DNA of 64,000 bases, from NCBI GenBank assembly GCA_001595785.1, contig LSSJ01000002.1, positions 22,224 to 86,223 on the forward strand. Reading direction: 5' to 3'. Of the stretch, positions 31,086 through 41,622 are shown piece after piece. Made by a program: the position numbers and the translations under genes. Each line of letters starts with the position of its first letter. The first letter of the stretch is position 1. The DNA comes from Euryarchaeota archaeon SM23-78. GTDB taxonomy: Archaea; Nanobdellota; Nanobdellia; Woesearchaeales; SM23-78. A model generated the notes under the pieces. It saw only the letters and a list, made by a program, of their open reading frames with translations, did not search any database and was not told the origin of the DNA.

Positions 31086-31701
31086 TTTTTGCTTCCAGTA
31101 CAATCTTCCAAAAGGTTTCAGCACCATATAGGATTATATGATTACTTAAGACTTCTTTTCCTACATTCAGTTCGTCTTTGTTGGTTATCATGTTTTTAAA
31201 CACCCGGCTATTAACCACAATCTGATTAATCTCATAATCATACATTGTTTCTAATGCACCTATTTCTCTTTGAATTATATTATTCTTGTCTTTTTTTTCA
31301 CATATAACCAACAAGTCAATATCGCTGGATTCAGTTGCTATTCCCTTTGCATATGAGCCAAAAAGAATAATGGATAATACTTCAATCTTGTTTGTAATCT
31401 TATTAACTAATTCTTGAAATAATGATTTTAATGCTGCTCTTTTGTTAAGAAAATGTTCTTTTTCATCAATAGAGTTGAGGATGAGCATTCCTTTGGTTTT
31501 TTCATTTTTTAGGTTTAAGGAACAAACAGTGCTATGGCCCCTTGTTTTTTTATTAAGTATGTTTTGTTTTATTAATTCAGTGGTATTATCATATATGAGA
31601 TGGTAACTCCTCTTTAGTTCATTTTTTATTTGGTGTATAGTTAATTCTTTATCAAGTTCTTTATTGAAGAGAGCAACTATTTTCAATTTTGTATTATTCA
31701 T
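31078..31701 (-). CDS. wHTH-MNT nucleotidyltransferase (antitoxin-like)
   Basis: IILFGSYAKG.ATESSDIDLLVI catalytic motif and N-terminal HTH. Confidence 0.88.
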   Translation of the reverse strand: MNNTKLKIVALFNKELDKELTIHQIKNELKRSYHLIYDNTTELIKQNILNKKTRGHSTVCSLNLKNEKTKGMLILNSIDEKEHFLNKRAALKSLFQELVNKITNKIEVLSIILFGSYAKGIATESSDIDLLVICEKKDKNNIIQREIGALETMYDYEINQIVVNSRVFKNMITNKDELNVGKEVLSNHIILYGAETFWKIVLEAKNE

Positions 31702-31708
31702 AGTATTC

Positions 31709-31743
31709 TCCTTTTTAGGATAATATTATTCCAAATAGGATAA
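31709..31743 (-). promoter_or_regulatory. Tandem operator-like sites upstream of MNT
   Basis: TCCT-TTTT-AGGA (31709-31720) and TTCC-AAAT-AGGA (31729-31740). TAGGATAA repeated 20 bp apart, just downstream of a TTTATATA box. Confidence 0.5.
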
Positions 31744-31770
31744 CTCATATATAAAGCTTTGGGTTCTAAT

Positions 31771-31923
31771 CTAGAATTCTAGGGCTTTTCTTGTAAATTT
31801 CTTTCCCTTAGCTATGATGCTCTCAAATTCAAGAAGACATTTATAAATCTTAGTATTCCTAAGTATTTCCAGTTCTTGCTTCATTTGTTCAAATCCAGCT
31901 CTAGGAACAGTTACAGTGTTCAT
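31771..31923 (-). CDS. 50-aa RelB-like small antitoxin-type protein (not in ORF track)
   Basis: Read directly: MNTVTVPRAGFEQMKQELEILRNTKIYKCLLEFESIIAKGKKFTRKALEF*. GGTAAG upstream. Confidence 0.5.
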   Translation of the reverse strand: MNTVTVPRAGFEQMKQELEILRNTKIYKCLLEFESIIAKGKKFTRKALEF

Positions 31924-31989
31924 ATCTTACCATAGTGTTTTCATATAAATATTTTTCCTTTAATCACAAACCAAAAACCTTTTTGAGCA

Positions 31990-32231
31990 GTTGCGTTCAA
32001 AATCTACGTCTGTGCCTTGATTTCCTCAAAAATCAAAGATTTTTGGGACACAAAATTTTAAATTTTGTTGTGCCGCAGATTTACGCAGTAAATCAAGGCA
32101 TGGCCAGACAGAGCTTATCCATGTTCCCATCAAAAGAGCGAAGCTCTTTTGGGGTTCCAAAAACCTATGGTTTTTGTAACTATATGGAGTACAGGGTTAT
32201 GGTAAGCGGAGTAGGAGATTTTGAACGCAGC
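31990..32231 (+). repeat. Dispersed structured element, copy B
   Basis: GTTGCGTTCAAAATCT/AGATTTTGAACGCAGC closing stem with GTCTG...CAGAC-AGAGC...GCGGAGTAGG core and nested hairpins. Confidence 0.7.
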
Positions 32232-32344
32232 CCCTTTCTGAGCATAAAGTTTTTAAACTCCGAATATCAGGAATTATATCTAGAGGAAAAGGGTGAGTGA
32301 TTTTTACTTGCTCAAATATATATATATATCCGCGCTGAGCAACG

Positions 32345-35300
32345 ATGAACACTAACAAATTATTAGCAATAACCTTATTTATTCTCTTCTTACCAATCAA
32401 GATGATTCTATCTTTAACTAATCATTTCTCTCATGTTCTTTCATTTAAAGGCTACGCCTTGCCTAGCTCAGCGTGGAAAAAACAAAGGAAAGGCGTAGCC
32501 TCTTTATTTATTTTAATCATACTTCTCTTATTAGTCACTATATCTAGTGCGCTGCCTCAAGTAAGCACTGATAAGAATGAATATGTACTTGGAGAAAAGG
32601 TAATGATTAGTATTAACAATGCCACAAATGATTCTGTAATGAAAATAATAGTTAATGAGAATATTTACAGATACATGGGTGAATTGAATCATGAAACAGA
32701 GTTCAGACCCTCAACAACAGGAGAGCATGTTATTAGTCTGGAATATGATACTAATAAGGAAGTAAAAACTAGTTTTGTAGTAAATCCAAGAGCAGATTCT
32801 TCTAGTATAACAACCATTAGAAAAGTGTATGGACCAAGTAGGATAACACAAGGAATTCAAGGAATAGAAGAGCAGATGCCAGTAATAATTGGTCTTCAAG
32901 AGGCAGAAGGAATAACTATAAGCAAGGATTGGCTCATAATAAGGAATCATGAACAAGAAATTGTTGAGAAAGATCTAGATTTGTATGATCTTAATTCAGG
33001 CAAAAAATATAGTGCTATTAAAAATGCAACTCATAACCCTGTTGGAACATATGATACTGAAATAAAGCTGGATAACTATCCAATTAAAAAAATATTCTTT
33101 AGAAATCTTGAAGCAAAAGGAATTTCAAATGTAGAACTAAGAATAGATGATCTTACATATAATGATGAGAAAGCAGGAACTACTAGCAGCCAATTCTATG
33201 TTATAGACCCAACAAGCCTTAACTTCACAGAGGCTTATGTAACTGTCACTGCAAAAGGAGATGTGCTAAGGAAGTGTAAGAATTGGAACTATACTGCTCA
33301 GAAATGCTATGGAACATGGGAGTATGTTATGGACATAATCCCAGGCCAAAACTACACCTTCCTGCTAACGCCAGAAGACCCTGCTTATAATGAGACAACG
33401 CACGATGCAGATGACTGCTATGATGAGTCAGTACCTGGAGCCTGTACTGGAGCTCAGGTAACAGCAATAAGCTCAAATGGAGGGACAACATATCAGTTTG
33501 ATAAGAATGCAGGAAGCCCTGTAAGAATAAGCTTTGAGAATGAGTCATCAACAATAGGCACAATAGTTGATTGCACTGTTTATGTTGATGGTTATGATAG
33601 TGAGGGCAATACATGGACCTTGCAATTAGGTAACTGGTCAACAAGCATCTGGGATAGTGCAGGAAGCGGACAAACAGCTCCAAGCCCAGAAGGAACTATT
33701 AGCTGGGGTTGCACCTCTCATTTTGGCACCAGTAATGATGATGCTTTATTTGATGATTTCGCTGTGAGAATAAGTACAGATGACAGGTCAAGACCAGCCA
33801 TAGCATATGTTGACCATGTTTATGTTGTTATAAACTTTTCAATACCAGACACGCAAGCACCTTATTATTCTAACATAGTTGCTGGTCCAGAAAGCCCAGC
33901 AACCTTTAGCCCTAGTGCAACCTATCAGTTCAACACAACATGGCAGGACAATGAAGGAGTAAACACCACTTGGATAGAGCACAACTTCACAGGAACCATG
34001 CAAAACTACACCTTTAGCACACATACAGGAGATGTATATTATTATAACTATGGAAACATAGGAGCAGGAAGCTATGTATGGAAAATGCATGCCAATGACA
34101 CAGCAGGAAACCAGAACAGCACTATGCCATGGCAAACATACACAATACAAAAAGCCAATAGCCAAGTAAACCTCTTACTTAATGGGACATCAGCTAATTT
34201 CACTATTAATAACTCTGGCAGTGCTAATATCACTGGTATATTGATAGCAGGAGAAGGAGACCTGACTATTTATGAGGAAGGAAGCCAGATTGCCAATGGA
34301 CCAAGCCCATTATCAACCATAAGAACCTACAGCTCACCGGGAAACTACAACATAACCTTGGTTTACATTGCTACACAAAATTATTCTACAAGCACAGAGA
34401 CTCATTTTGTAAGAGTACAAGATACCATACCCCCTGGAAATGTTACCAACCTTAATGAGACTGAAAAAGGCCAAACCTGGATTCTGTGGAACTGGACAGA
34501 GCCAGGAGACTCTGATTTGGACCATTATGAAATATGGGTGAACGGGTCACATGTAGACAATACCTCAAACGAATATTACAATGTTACTAGTCTACTGGCA
34601 GACACAACCTATGAGATACAGGTAAGGGCTGTGGATAACTGGACAACCCCTAACGTAGGAGACTTTGTTAATGATACTGCAACAACAGAGCCAAGTGCAG
34701 ATGTTACGCCACCAATAATAAGCAATGTGCTTAATAACAGCATAACAGACAGCTCTGTGAACATAACCTGGGATACTGATGAGGTATCAGACAGTGTGGT
34801 AAAGTATGGAACTTCGTCAGGAAGCTATACAGATACTGCTATAAACACATCCCAACTCACAAAGCACATAATTCATCTCACAGGATTAAAACCCAGCACA
34901 ATGTATTACTATGTTGTTAACAGCACAGACCCTGCAGGCAACACCAACCAGAGTAAAGAATATAACTTTACCACAGAAGCAGATGGAACACCACCTCATT
35001 ATTCTAGTATTATTGCCAGTCCATCAAGCCCAGCAACGTACAGCCCAGGCGCAACCTACCAGTTTAATACTACCTGGCAAGATAGTGGTTGGATAGACAA
35101 GGTATGGATTGAGCACAACTTCACAGGAACCATGCAAAATTATACATATGTACCTAATACAAGTAGTGTTTATTATTATAACTATGGAAACATAGCAGCA
35201 GGGAACTATGTTTGGAGAATGCACGCAAATGACAGTGCTGGGAATCAGAACAGCACTATGCCATGGCAGAACTACAAAGTTAATAAGTCAGCCAGCCAAG

Positions 35301-37537
35301 TGAATTTGCTTTTAAACCAAACAGGTGATAATATTAGTATTAATGAGAGTCAGAGTGTGAACATTACAGGAATCCTTGTGACTGGTCAAGGAAACATAAT
35401 CCTTTATCAAGATGCAGTTCAAATTAATTATGGACCAAGCCCATTAACAAACATAACAACTTATAACATCCCAGGCACATACAATATCACCTTGACATAC
35501 TATGCAACCCAGAACTACACTAAAAGCAAAGAAACACACTTCATAATTGTGAATGACACAAGAGCACCATGGATAAATCTCATAGACCCTAAGAATGGAA
35601 GCACAGACAGTGATGGAGATGTAATATTCAAGTTCAATGTAAATGATACAAGTGATGTTACAAACTGTTCTCTATATCTGAACGGAGAGCGCAATAAAAC
35701 AAAGGAAATCTTAACCAAAGGCCAGAATACCTTTACAGTTAATAATCTTAACAACGGTAACTACACCTGGTATGTTAATTGCAGTGACCCTGTAAACCAT
35801 ACAAACATAAGTGTAAAATGGAATTTAACAGTAGAGATAAATGAATTTTTCCCTTACATCTGGCCAGAAACCTGTTCTGACAGCGATGGGTGCACTGTGA
35901 ACAATATAAACAATACGCCAAATCAATGGGAAGAGCACGGAACTCTTTCTAAAAGTCCAAGATACAACTATGTGTACATAAACTTCACTCCCTCAAATAT
36001 ACCAGCAGGAAGCACCATACACTGGATGTATATCTTTTATGACAAATACCAAGAAACAACAAGCGGATGGTTCAGATTGGAATGGAGGAACGGAACAGAC
36101 CAGAACATAACTATATGTACTAATAGTTATGGAAGTGATGTTTATCATGCCCATGACTCTGTTAATTGCACCTTTTCAAATGAGACTATGCCAACAGTAA
36201 ATCGGTTAAATAGTGGGCTTGAACTAATAGTTACTTTTTATTATGGAGGTACTGCGTCAGGAAAACAATATGGAACAGATGAAACATACATAAACTTAAA
36301 GTATACTGAAGATGTTACTCCACCTACAGTAGAACTAGTATATCCAAATGCTTATCACAGACCAGGTCAGGTTAATTTCACCTATATCCCTAATGATAAA
36401 AACTTGGTTAATTGTACTCTTTACGGAGATTTCACTGGGAGCTGGGGTGAGAATCTCTCAGATACAACTGTAGTGTCAGGGCAAAAAGAAAACTTCACCA
36501 TAAACCTGGATGAAGGATACTACACCTGGAACGTCTACTGCTGTGACATAGCTGAGAACTGTGCATTTGATGAGATAGGAGGACCTAAAAATGATGGAAA
36601 CTACACAGTAAATATTACTAATCCAGACCTAATCGTAAATCAGATTACATTTAACACGTCAGATTATCTAACCAAAGAAGGAATGAACATAACTATTAAT
36701 GCAACCATAAAAAACCAAGGAAATGTAAATGTAACAGAAACCTTTAAGATACAATGGTGGATTGGAGACCCTGATAGTGGAGGAACCCAGATTAATGGTA
36801 ATGAAACCATCACCGGGCTCCTGGTTAATGAGGAAAAAACAGTGAGCATGAGCTGGATTATAGACAGAGGAGGACCCAGAAATATATATGTAATAGTGGA
36901 TCCGCCCTTAGCAACCAATGGAAGTGTAAAAGAAACAAAAGAGGATAATAATAAGAATAACAAGACATTGCATGTACCAGCATACAATTATTTCTATGGC
37001 CAGGCAGAAAACAACATCTACCTTGCCAATGCTGATAATGAGTCATTATACAACTACCTTAACATAGCCAATGTAACAGGAAACATATTTGTAGCAGATG
37101 AAGACAGTACAATAAGCTTTTCCTTACTCCAAGCAATAAGCAGAGATATAAATAATAATAGTGTAAGCAATGACTTTAATGACACAGACACAGCCCTTAG
37201 CATGACCGATTATAATGATTCAATAAGAAAAATATATACTGATAATACAGACATACCCATAGAAACCATGACCTTCACAGTATACACCAAAGACATAAAT
37301 GATGTGCCAGTAATTGACAGCACCAACACCAGCAACTTCAAGACAGGCATGCTCTGGGATAAGAGTGATGAAGGAACACAGTACAACGGAAGTCAGGACT
37401 TAATATTCATAACAGAAATCAATCAAGAACAAGAAGGAAAATACGGTACCTATGACTATGAAATAAGAGTGCCTGTTAACCTAAAGGATTACTTAGTAGC
37501 AGGAACCAATGTAGGCTTTTACTATGAGATAATATGA
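32345..37537 (+). CDS. Giant secreted glycoprotein 2 (shared N-module, Ig-like, FN3/purple-acid-phosphatase-N-like, CARDB-like, terminal family A-like domain)
   Basis: LRKCKNWNY...C.GTW...PGQNY...DP motif. FN3 signatures (W.EP...Y.I; L.P.T.YYY.V). Duplicated ~190-aa unit. C-terminus homologous to giant 1. Start uncertain. Confidence 0.88.
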   Translation: MNTNKLLAITLFILFLPIKMILSLTNHFSHVLSFKGYALPSSAWKKQRKGVASLFILIILLLLVTISSALPQVSTDKNEYVLGEKVMISINNATNDSVMKIIVNENIYRYMGELNHETEFRPSTTGEHVISLEYDTNKEVKTSFVVNPRADSSSITTIRKVYGPSRITQGIQGIEEQMPVIIGLQEAEGITISKDWLIIRNHEQEIVEKDLDLYDLNSGKKYSAIKNATHNPVGTYDTEIKLDNYPIKKIFFRNLEAKGISNVELRIDDLTYNDEKAGTTSSQFYVIDPTSLNFTEAYVTVTAKGDVLRKCKNWNYTAQKCYGTWEYVMDIIPGQNYTFLLTPEDPAYNETTHDADDCYDESVPGACTGAQVTAISSNGGTTYQFDKNAGSPVRISFENESSTIGTIVDCTVYVDGYDSEGNTWTLQLGNWSTSIWDSAGSGQTAPSPEGTISWGCTSHFGTSNDDALFDDFAVRISTDDRSRPAIAYVDHVYVVINFSIPDTQAPYYSNIVAGPESPATFSPSATYQFNTTWQDNEGVNTTWIEHNFTGTMQNYTFSTHTGDVYYYNYGNIGAGSYVWKMHANDTAGNQNSTMPWQTYTIQKANSQVNLLLNGTSANFTINNSGSANITGILIAGEGDLTIYEEGSQIANGPSPLSTIRTYSSPGNYNITLVYIATQNYSTSTETHFVRVQDTIPPGNVTNLNETEKGQTWILWNWTEPGDSDLDHYEIWVNGSHVDNTSNEYYNVTSLLADTTYEIQVRAVDNWTTPNVGDFVNDTATTEPSADVTPPIISNVLNNSITDSSVNITWDTDEVSDSVVKYGTSSGSYTDTAINTSQLTKHIIHLTGLKPSTMYYYVVNSTDPAGNTNQSKEYNFTTEADGTPPHYSSIIASPSSPATYSPGATYQFNTTWQDSGWIDKVWIEHNFTGTMQNYTYVPNTSSVYYYNYGNIAAGNYVWRMHANDSAGNQNSTMPWQNYKVNKSASQVNLLLNQTGDNISINESQSVNITGILVTGQGNIILYQDAVQINYGPSPLTNITTYNIPGTYNITLTYYATQNYTKSKETHFIIVNDTRAPWINLIDPKNGSTDSDGDVIFKFNVNDTSDVTNCSLYLNGERNKTKEILTKGQNTFTVNNLNNGNYTWYVNCSDPVNHTNISVKWNLTVEINEFFPYIWPETCSDSDGCTVNNINNTPNQWEEHGTLSKSPRYNYVYINFTPSNIPAGSTIHWMYIFYDKYQETTSGWFRLEWRNGTDQNITICTNSYGSDVYHAHDSVNCTFSNETMPTVNRLNSGLELIVTFYYGGTASGKQYGTDETYINLKYTEDVTPPTVELVYPNAYHRPGQVNFTYIPNDKNLVNCTLYGDFTGSWGENLSDTTVVSGQKENFTINLDEGYYTWNVYCCDIAENCAFDEIGGPKNDGNYTVNITNPDLIVNQITFNTSDYLTKEGMNITINATIKNQGNVNVTETFKIQWWIGDPDSGGTQINGNETITGLLVNEEKTVSMSWIIDRGGPRNIYVIVDPPLATNGSVKETKEDNNKNNKTLHVPAYNYFYGQAENNIYLANADNESLYNYLNIANVTGNIFVADEDSTISFSLLQAISRDINNNSVSNDFNDTDTALSMTDYNDSIRKIYTDNTDIPIETMTFTVYTKDINDVPVIDSTNTSNFKTGMLWDKSDEGTQYNGSQDLIFITEINQEQEGKYGTYDYEIRVPVNLKDYLVAGTNVGFYYEII

Positions 37538-37548
37538 TGATATAATAA

Positions 37549-37762
37549 AAAAAATCTTTGGCCGTCTGGGCCGTTAATTGCATTGCCTGCTCATTTTTGC
37601 AGGCAAGCAATGGCCAGACGGAGCCATCAAAAGAGCTTTGCTCTTTTGGGATGCTCAGAAAAGTTTTACTTTTCTGGCACTCAAAATTTTCAATTTTGTT
37701 GTGCCAAAAACTCCGTTTTTGAGCACTTTGCGAAGCAAAGCAGAGTAGGCCAAAGATTTTTT
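37549..37762 (+). repeat. Dispersed structured element, copy C
   Basis: AAAAAATCTTTGGCC/GGCCAAAGATTTTTT closing stem with GTCTGG...CCAGAC-GGAGC...GCAGAGTAGG core. Shares internal hairpins with copy B. Confidence 0.7.
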
Positions 37763-37892
37763 ACAGCACAAAACATAAATTTTAAATACTAATAACAACC
37801 AAGAAAAACAAGAGGAAAAAAAGAGGTGGGGTAGTATAGAACCTAAGCCAAAGAAAAAAATCAAGGACTTCTTTAACCAAAGCAAAAAACTA

Positions 37893-38822
37893 GTGCAAGC
37901 ACCTAAAGAACTGCCAGAGATAACTGCACAAACGCAGCCTCCTATGCTTCCAAAAGAAGAGAAATCAATGCAACTAGAACAACCCCAGCCAAAACCATTT
38001 CAAGCATCAACCCAGGAACAACCAAAAAAAGAGTTTAAATTACCCAAAATAGAGCGCTCACCTGTTCAGGAAAGAAGTCACTCACCTCTGCACGAGGACA
38101 CAAGTGTTCAGGAAGATGATATGAAAGAATTTGAAGAAGCCATAAATAAAATAAATATAGACATGGTACACAGTGAAACACCAGAAACCTATAGCTCAAG
38201 TAAGGAAGAAGAAACTGAATATTATAAACCAGCAGAACTAGGAGAAGGCTATTTCTCAGAAATAGAGCATTACATAAAAAATAAGGATGTGAATGAGATA
38301 ATAGATGATGTAATGAAAAAAGACTTCTTAACTAGTATGAAAGACTATCATGGTGCAAGAGCCCAAGGAAAACCATTCTACCTGCACCAACAAGACCTTA
38401 AATACAAGTTAGAAAAAAAGATGGAGCAACTTAGAAGCTTGGAAGAAGAATGGCACAGCCTAAAGGCACAAATAGAAGAGAAGGAGAAGAAAAGAATAGA
38501 AATAGAGCAAAGAATAGAGCAGGAAAGCCAGGAACTAAAAGAATTATTCAGACAAATCAAGGTAAACCAGATATTAGAGCAACAATCACCCAAAGAACAC
38601 TACTTTAAGCTTAGAAATGGGCAAGAACTTAAAAACCTAAATGACCTGAGAAAAGTCCTTGAATACATGAGTGATGAGGATTTCAACCACCATGTAAACC
38701 AGGAGAAGAATGATTTTGCTATATGGATTAGAGAAGCCCTGCAAAACAAAGCGTTATATGAGAAGATAAAGGATACGAAGACAAGAGAAGAACTGCAAGA
38801 AATACTAAAGAACCCTCTATAA
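37893..38822 (+). CDS. Cytoplasmic protein: Pro/Glu-rich N-terminus, coiled coil, C-terminal DUF5752-like domain
   Basis: F.L.NG..L.NL.DL...L..M.DE.F.HHVN.EKNDFA.WI, homologous to the N-terminus of the KaiC-like gene. Start uncertain: the frame is open from 37779, with GAGGTG before an ATA at 37836. Confidence 0.7.
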   Translation: MQAPKELPEITAQTQPPMLPKEEKSMQLEQPQPKPFQASTQEQPKKEFKLPKIERSPVQERSHSPLHEDTSVQEDDMKEFEEAINKINIDMVHSETPETYSSSKEEETEYYKPAELGEGYFSEIEHYIKNKDVNEIIDDVMKKDFLTSMKDYHGARAQGKPFYLHQQDLKYKLEKKMEQLRSLEEEWHSLKAQIEEKEKKRIEIEQRIEQESQELKELFRQIKVNQILEQQSPKEHYFKLRNGQELKNLNDLRKVLEYMSDEDFNHHVNQEKNDFAIWIREALQNKALYEKIKDTKTREELQEILKNPL

Positions 38823-38852
38823 ATTAAGATAATTAAAAAAAAATCTTTCTAC

Positions 38853-39623
38853 TTAAGATATGTCTGCATAGAAGTAATAAGTGGTTCCTGGGGTACCAAA
38901 GCTAATACTCCTGTTCTCAGCAACAATTATCTGAAAGTCATAAGTGTTATCCAAAGACGCATTATTATTAAAACCCCAAGCATCCTGTTCTATAAAAGTT
39001 GCAAATATAAAGTTACCATCAGTACGGTCATAGAGTGTGAGCTCTTGGAAATAAGCATTTGAATCAACTGTCTGAGCAGTATCATTCACATAAGTAGCTG
39101 TGCTCTGGCAACTGTTAGCAGCAATATTTGAAGGACCACTCATATCCATTGCGCTGTGAAGGCTGGCATTAAAAGTGTTATTAATACTATAAGGGTCACT
39201 ACTACTCATTCCAAAGAAGTTCTGCTCACTTATTATATTAGTATCATTAGCACACTCAACATTAGTCCAGTCCACACTATCATTCCTACTTACAAAAACA
39301 AAACCTGACATAGAAGTACTGTTCATACCCCACTCATAAATACTCCAGCCATCACTATTCCTTAAAACAAGCATACCAGTAATGTTTCCAACATAACCCT
39401 TCCAAGAAGGTTCTTGCTGAGTAACTGCAAGATTTATAGTAATAATATAGCCTCCAGGATCACTTCTGGATTCAATAACAGAAGTATAGGTAGAATTACT
39501 GATATAATTAACCTCAGCCCCAACAGGATCTGCACTAGTAAAATGAATTATAATAAATGTAAGATACAGAACCAATCCTAGTATTAGAAAAACCAGTTTT
39601 AGCTCCTGCTTGATCTTCCTCAC
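38853..39623 (-). CDS. Secreted family A subunit (putative fibre/pilin-like protein) A1
   Basis: Signal peptide, then ADP.GA. WKGYVGNITG.L.L, two conserved Cys, SINNTF, FQE, YDFQ.IV.E, TTYYFYADIS. Confidence 0.8.
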   Translation of the reverse strand: MRKIKQELKLVFLILGLVLYLTFIIIHFTSADPVGAEVNYISNSTYTSVIESRSDPGGYIITINLAVTQQEPSWKGYVGNITGMLVLRNSDGWSIYEWGMNSTSMSGFVFVSRNDSVDWTNVECANDTNIISEQNFFGMSSSDPYSINNTFNASLHSAMDMSGPSNIAANSCQSTATYVNDTAQTVDSNAYFQELTLYDRTDGNFIFATFIEQDAWGFNNNASLDNTYDFQIIVAENRSISFGTPGTTYYFYADIS

Positions 39624-39657
39624 TTAGTCACCTCGTTGCAAGCAAAAAAATATAAGT

Positions 39658-39677
39658 AACAGGGCAATAACCCTGTT
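39658..39677 (-). terminator. Hairpin between A2 and A1 (terminator/processing site candidate)
   Basis: AACAGGG-CAATAA-CCCTGTT, followed on the minus strand by a T-tract. Confidence 0.45.
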
Positions 39678-39695
39678 CCTTACTATAGTTGCGGT

Positions 39696-40469
39696 TTATT
39701 CTATCTCTGCCCAAAAGTAGTAAGTGGTTGTTGTGTCTTCAAAACCGTCCTGCCCGTTCTCTGCTACTAGGAGCTGGAAGTCGTGAGTTACTCCGTCAAA
39801 GCCCACAATGTCTGTGCTGTTATCAGCTACATTGTTCTCAATAATTGTAGTGAAAATAAGAACAGCTGTGTCTGTTAACAACACATTCTCAAAGTTCTCA
39901 TTTACTGGAGCTCCGTTCTGATAAGCATTTGTAGCAGGGCAGGTATTTGTTGTTATGTTATGTGTACCAACCTTAAAGAAAAGGTTCATGTTATCAGTAA
40001 AGGTCTCATTAATACCATCTGAATCATCATCTTGAATCCCAAACCAGCCTTCTGCTGTATCAACAGTAAATCCATTGCTTCCATCAAACTCAAAGCAGGC
40101 AATAGCACTCCAGTTAATAGTGTTATTTATGCAAGCATAAATCTCTCCTTTTGGCTCCATAGTAGACCAGTTGTAAAACACATTGCCACTTGAATCCTCC
40201 AAGGTCAGAGTACCTGTAATCTCTCCATAGTAACCCTGCCAAGCCTTGGTCGTAGAAATGGCTGTTAGGTTGAGCTCTGTTATGTTACCTGCTTCTGCTT
40301 CTGTTTGAGAAGGTGGGTAAGAAGACAGGTCTGGTCTTGATGATGCACCAGGCGCTATGTTTGTCACGCCAAAGGGCTCATCAGAATCTGCCCATACAAA
40401 TACTGCCATTAGACTAAAGACGGCTAGAAAGCCGAATATAAGTAGAGTTGTACTTATTTCCTTTTTCAT
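39696..40469 (-). CDS. Secreted family A subunit A2 (candidate major subunit)
   Basis: ATG 40469 after RBS GGTGA, with its own BRE-TATA. AGNITELN, WQGYYGEITG.LTL, HDFQLLVAE, TTYYFWAEIE. Confidence 0.82.
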   Translation of the reverse strand: MKKEISTTLLIFGFLAVFSLMAVFVWADSDEPFGVTNIAPGASSRPDLSSYPPSQTEAEAGNITELNLTAISTTKAWQGYYGEITGTLTLEDSSGNVFYNWSTMEPKGEIYACINNTINWSAIACFEFDGSNGFTVDTAEGWFGIQDDDSDGINETFTDNMNLFFKVGTHNITTNTCPATNAYQNGAPVNENFENVLLTDTAVLIFTTIIENNVADNSTDIVGFDGVTHDFQLLVAENGQDGFEDTTTTYYFWAEIE

Positions 40470-40561
40470 ATTTATCACCGTTGCAAGTTTTTAAGTTATG
40501 TTTAAATGCAAGCTTATCTAGGGTGACATACCCTAAATTAATATACACATAGGTATACCCA

Positions 40562-40576
40562 TATATAAATGTTTCG
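40562..40576 (-). promoter_or_regulatory. BRE-TATA promoter CGAAACATTTATATA
   Basis: Identical 15-mer also at 48097-48111 and 52078-52092, with a variant at 43923-43937. Confidence 0.65.
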
Positions 40577-40608
40577 ATTTTTAATGGTTTTTAAAGAAAA
40601 AAACACTA

Positions 40609-41595
40609 TTATGGACTCTCAGCAGCAAAAACCACAGTACCATTACAAATACCAAAAGGATTAGTAGTAAGATTAACATGAAGCCTCCAATAAGTAGCAT
40701 TAATCACATAGCCACCAGAACCAGAAACAGTCTGTTTATCAACAGTAAGACCTTCTATAGTATCAGGAGCTACGGCTAGACGAGTCATCGCAGCATATCC
40801 TGTGGCTGAGCTCAAATCCCATCTTTCGTTGTGTATAGTAATGTTTCTTACTGCACAAATCATTGCCATTCCAGCACCTGCCACAGAATCATTACTCCCA
40901 AAACCCCATACACTTACATTAATAGGAACATTACCAAAGTTTGTAACATTTGCTGAGGGTGGAGGGGTAGCAATATAAGTGTCAGTAACAGCCATATTAC
41001 CAAAATCAATAACATTAGTAACATTTAAGGCTAGAAGAGCATTAATAGAGGAATTACGAACGTCAGTATCCTTAGCACCATACGTGTCATTAACAGTAGC
41101 ATTCATCTGCCAAGTACCATTATTAGCATGATAATAAACATCAAAAACACATGTCCAGTTAGTAAAATAACCACTTGAACTTGTATTTGTGCAACTACTA
41201 TTACTGTAATGCGTATTATTATCATCAGGGTCTGCTGAGGAATTCAGGTAATAAAAGAAAGTTCCATTCACATAATTAATATCTCCTCCTCCATTATAAT
41301 CGCGAATTTCAACTAAACAACTTACTGTTTGGGTAGTACCTGCATTCAAAGTAACAGGATTCTCACTATTACACGTTATGTTAAGAATCTCAGGAAAAGA
41401 ATTAGTAATATTAACTGTTGTACGCACACTTACATTCTCATAATTACCACTAGGACCCCAGCTAGTCACAGGAAGGCCTTTGAAAGCTAAGAATCCAATA
41501 AATAATAGAAACAGCACTAAGAGAATCTTTTTAACTGGATTAATACTTAGATAATCCAAAATTTCTCTTTTTAACCATGCTCTGTCTTTATTCAT
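40609..41595 (-). CDS. Secreted family B subunit B1 (Ig-like domain + C-terminal beta domain)
   Basis: Signal peptide. SWGPSGNYENVSVRTTVN, TLNAG.T.TV.C, NFGN..INVSV, YW.LHV...GICNGTVVFAAE. Paralog of 51045-51977. Confidence 0.8.
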   Translation of the reverse strand: MNKDRAWLKREILDYLSINPVKKILLVLFLLFIGFLAFKGLPVTSWGPSGNYENVSVRTTVNITNSFPEILNITCNSENPVTLNAGTTQTVSCLVEIRDYNGGGDINYVNGTFFYYLNSSADPDDNNTHYSNSSCTNTSSSGYFTNWTCVFDVYYHANNGTWQMNATVNDTYGAKDTDVRNSSINALLALNVTNVIDFGNMAVTDTYIATPPPSANVTNFGNVPINVSVWGFGSNDSVAGAGMAMICAVRNITIHNERWDLSSATGYAAMTRLAVAPDTIEGLTVDKQTVSGSGGYVINATYWRLHVNLTTNPFGICNGTVVFAAESP

Positions 41596-41622
41596 TTAAG
41601 TATATACCTATTCATTAATTGT

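Noticed and set aside
31935-32300. Listed ORFs over the structured elements (also 37583-37792, 44034-44225, 17756-18013)
   Set aside because: They have no protein-like motifs and coincide with hairpin-rich repeats, so they are likely spurious.
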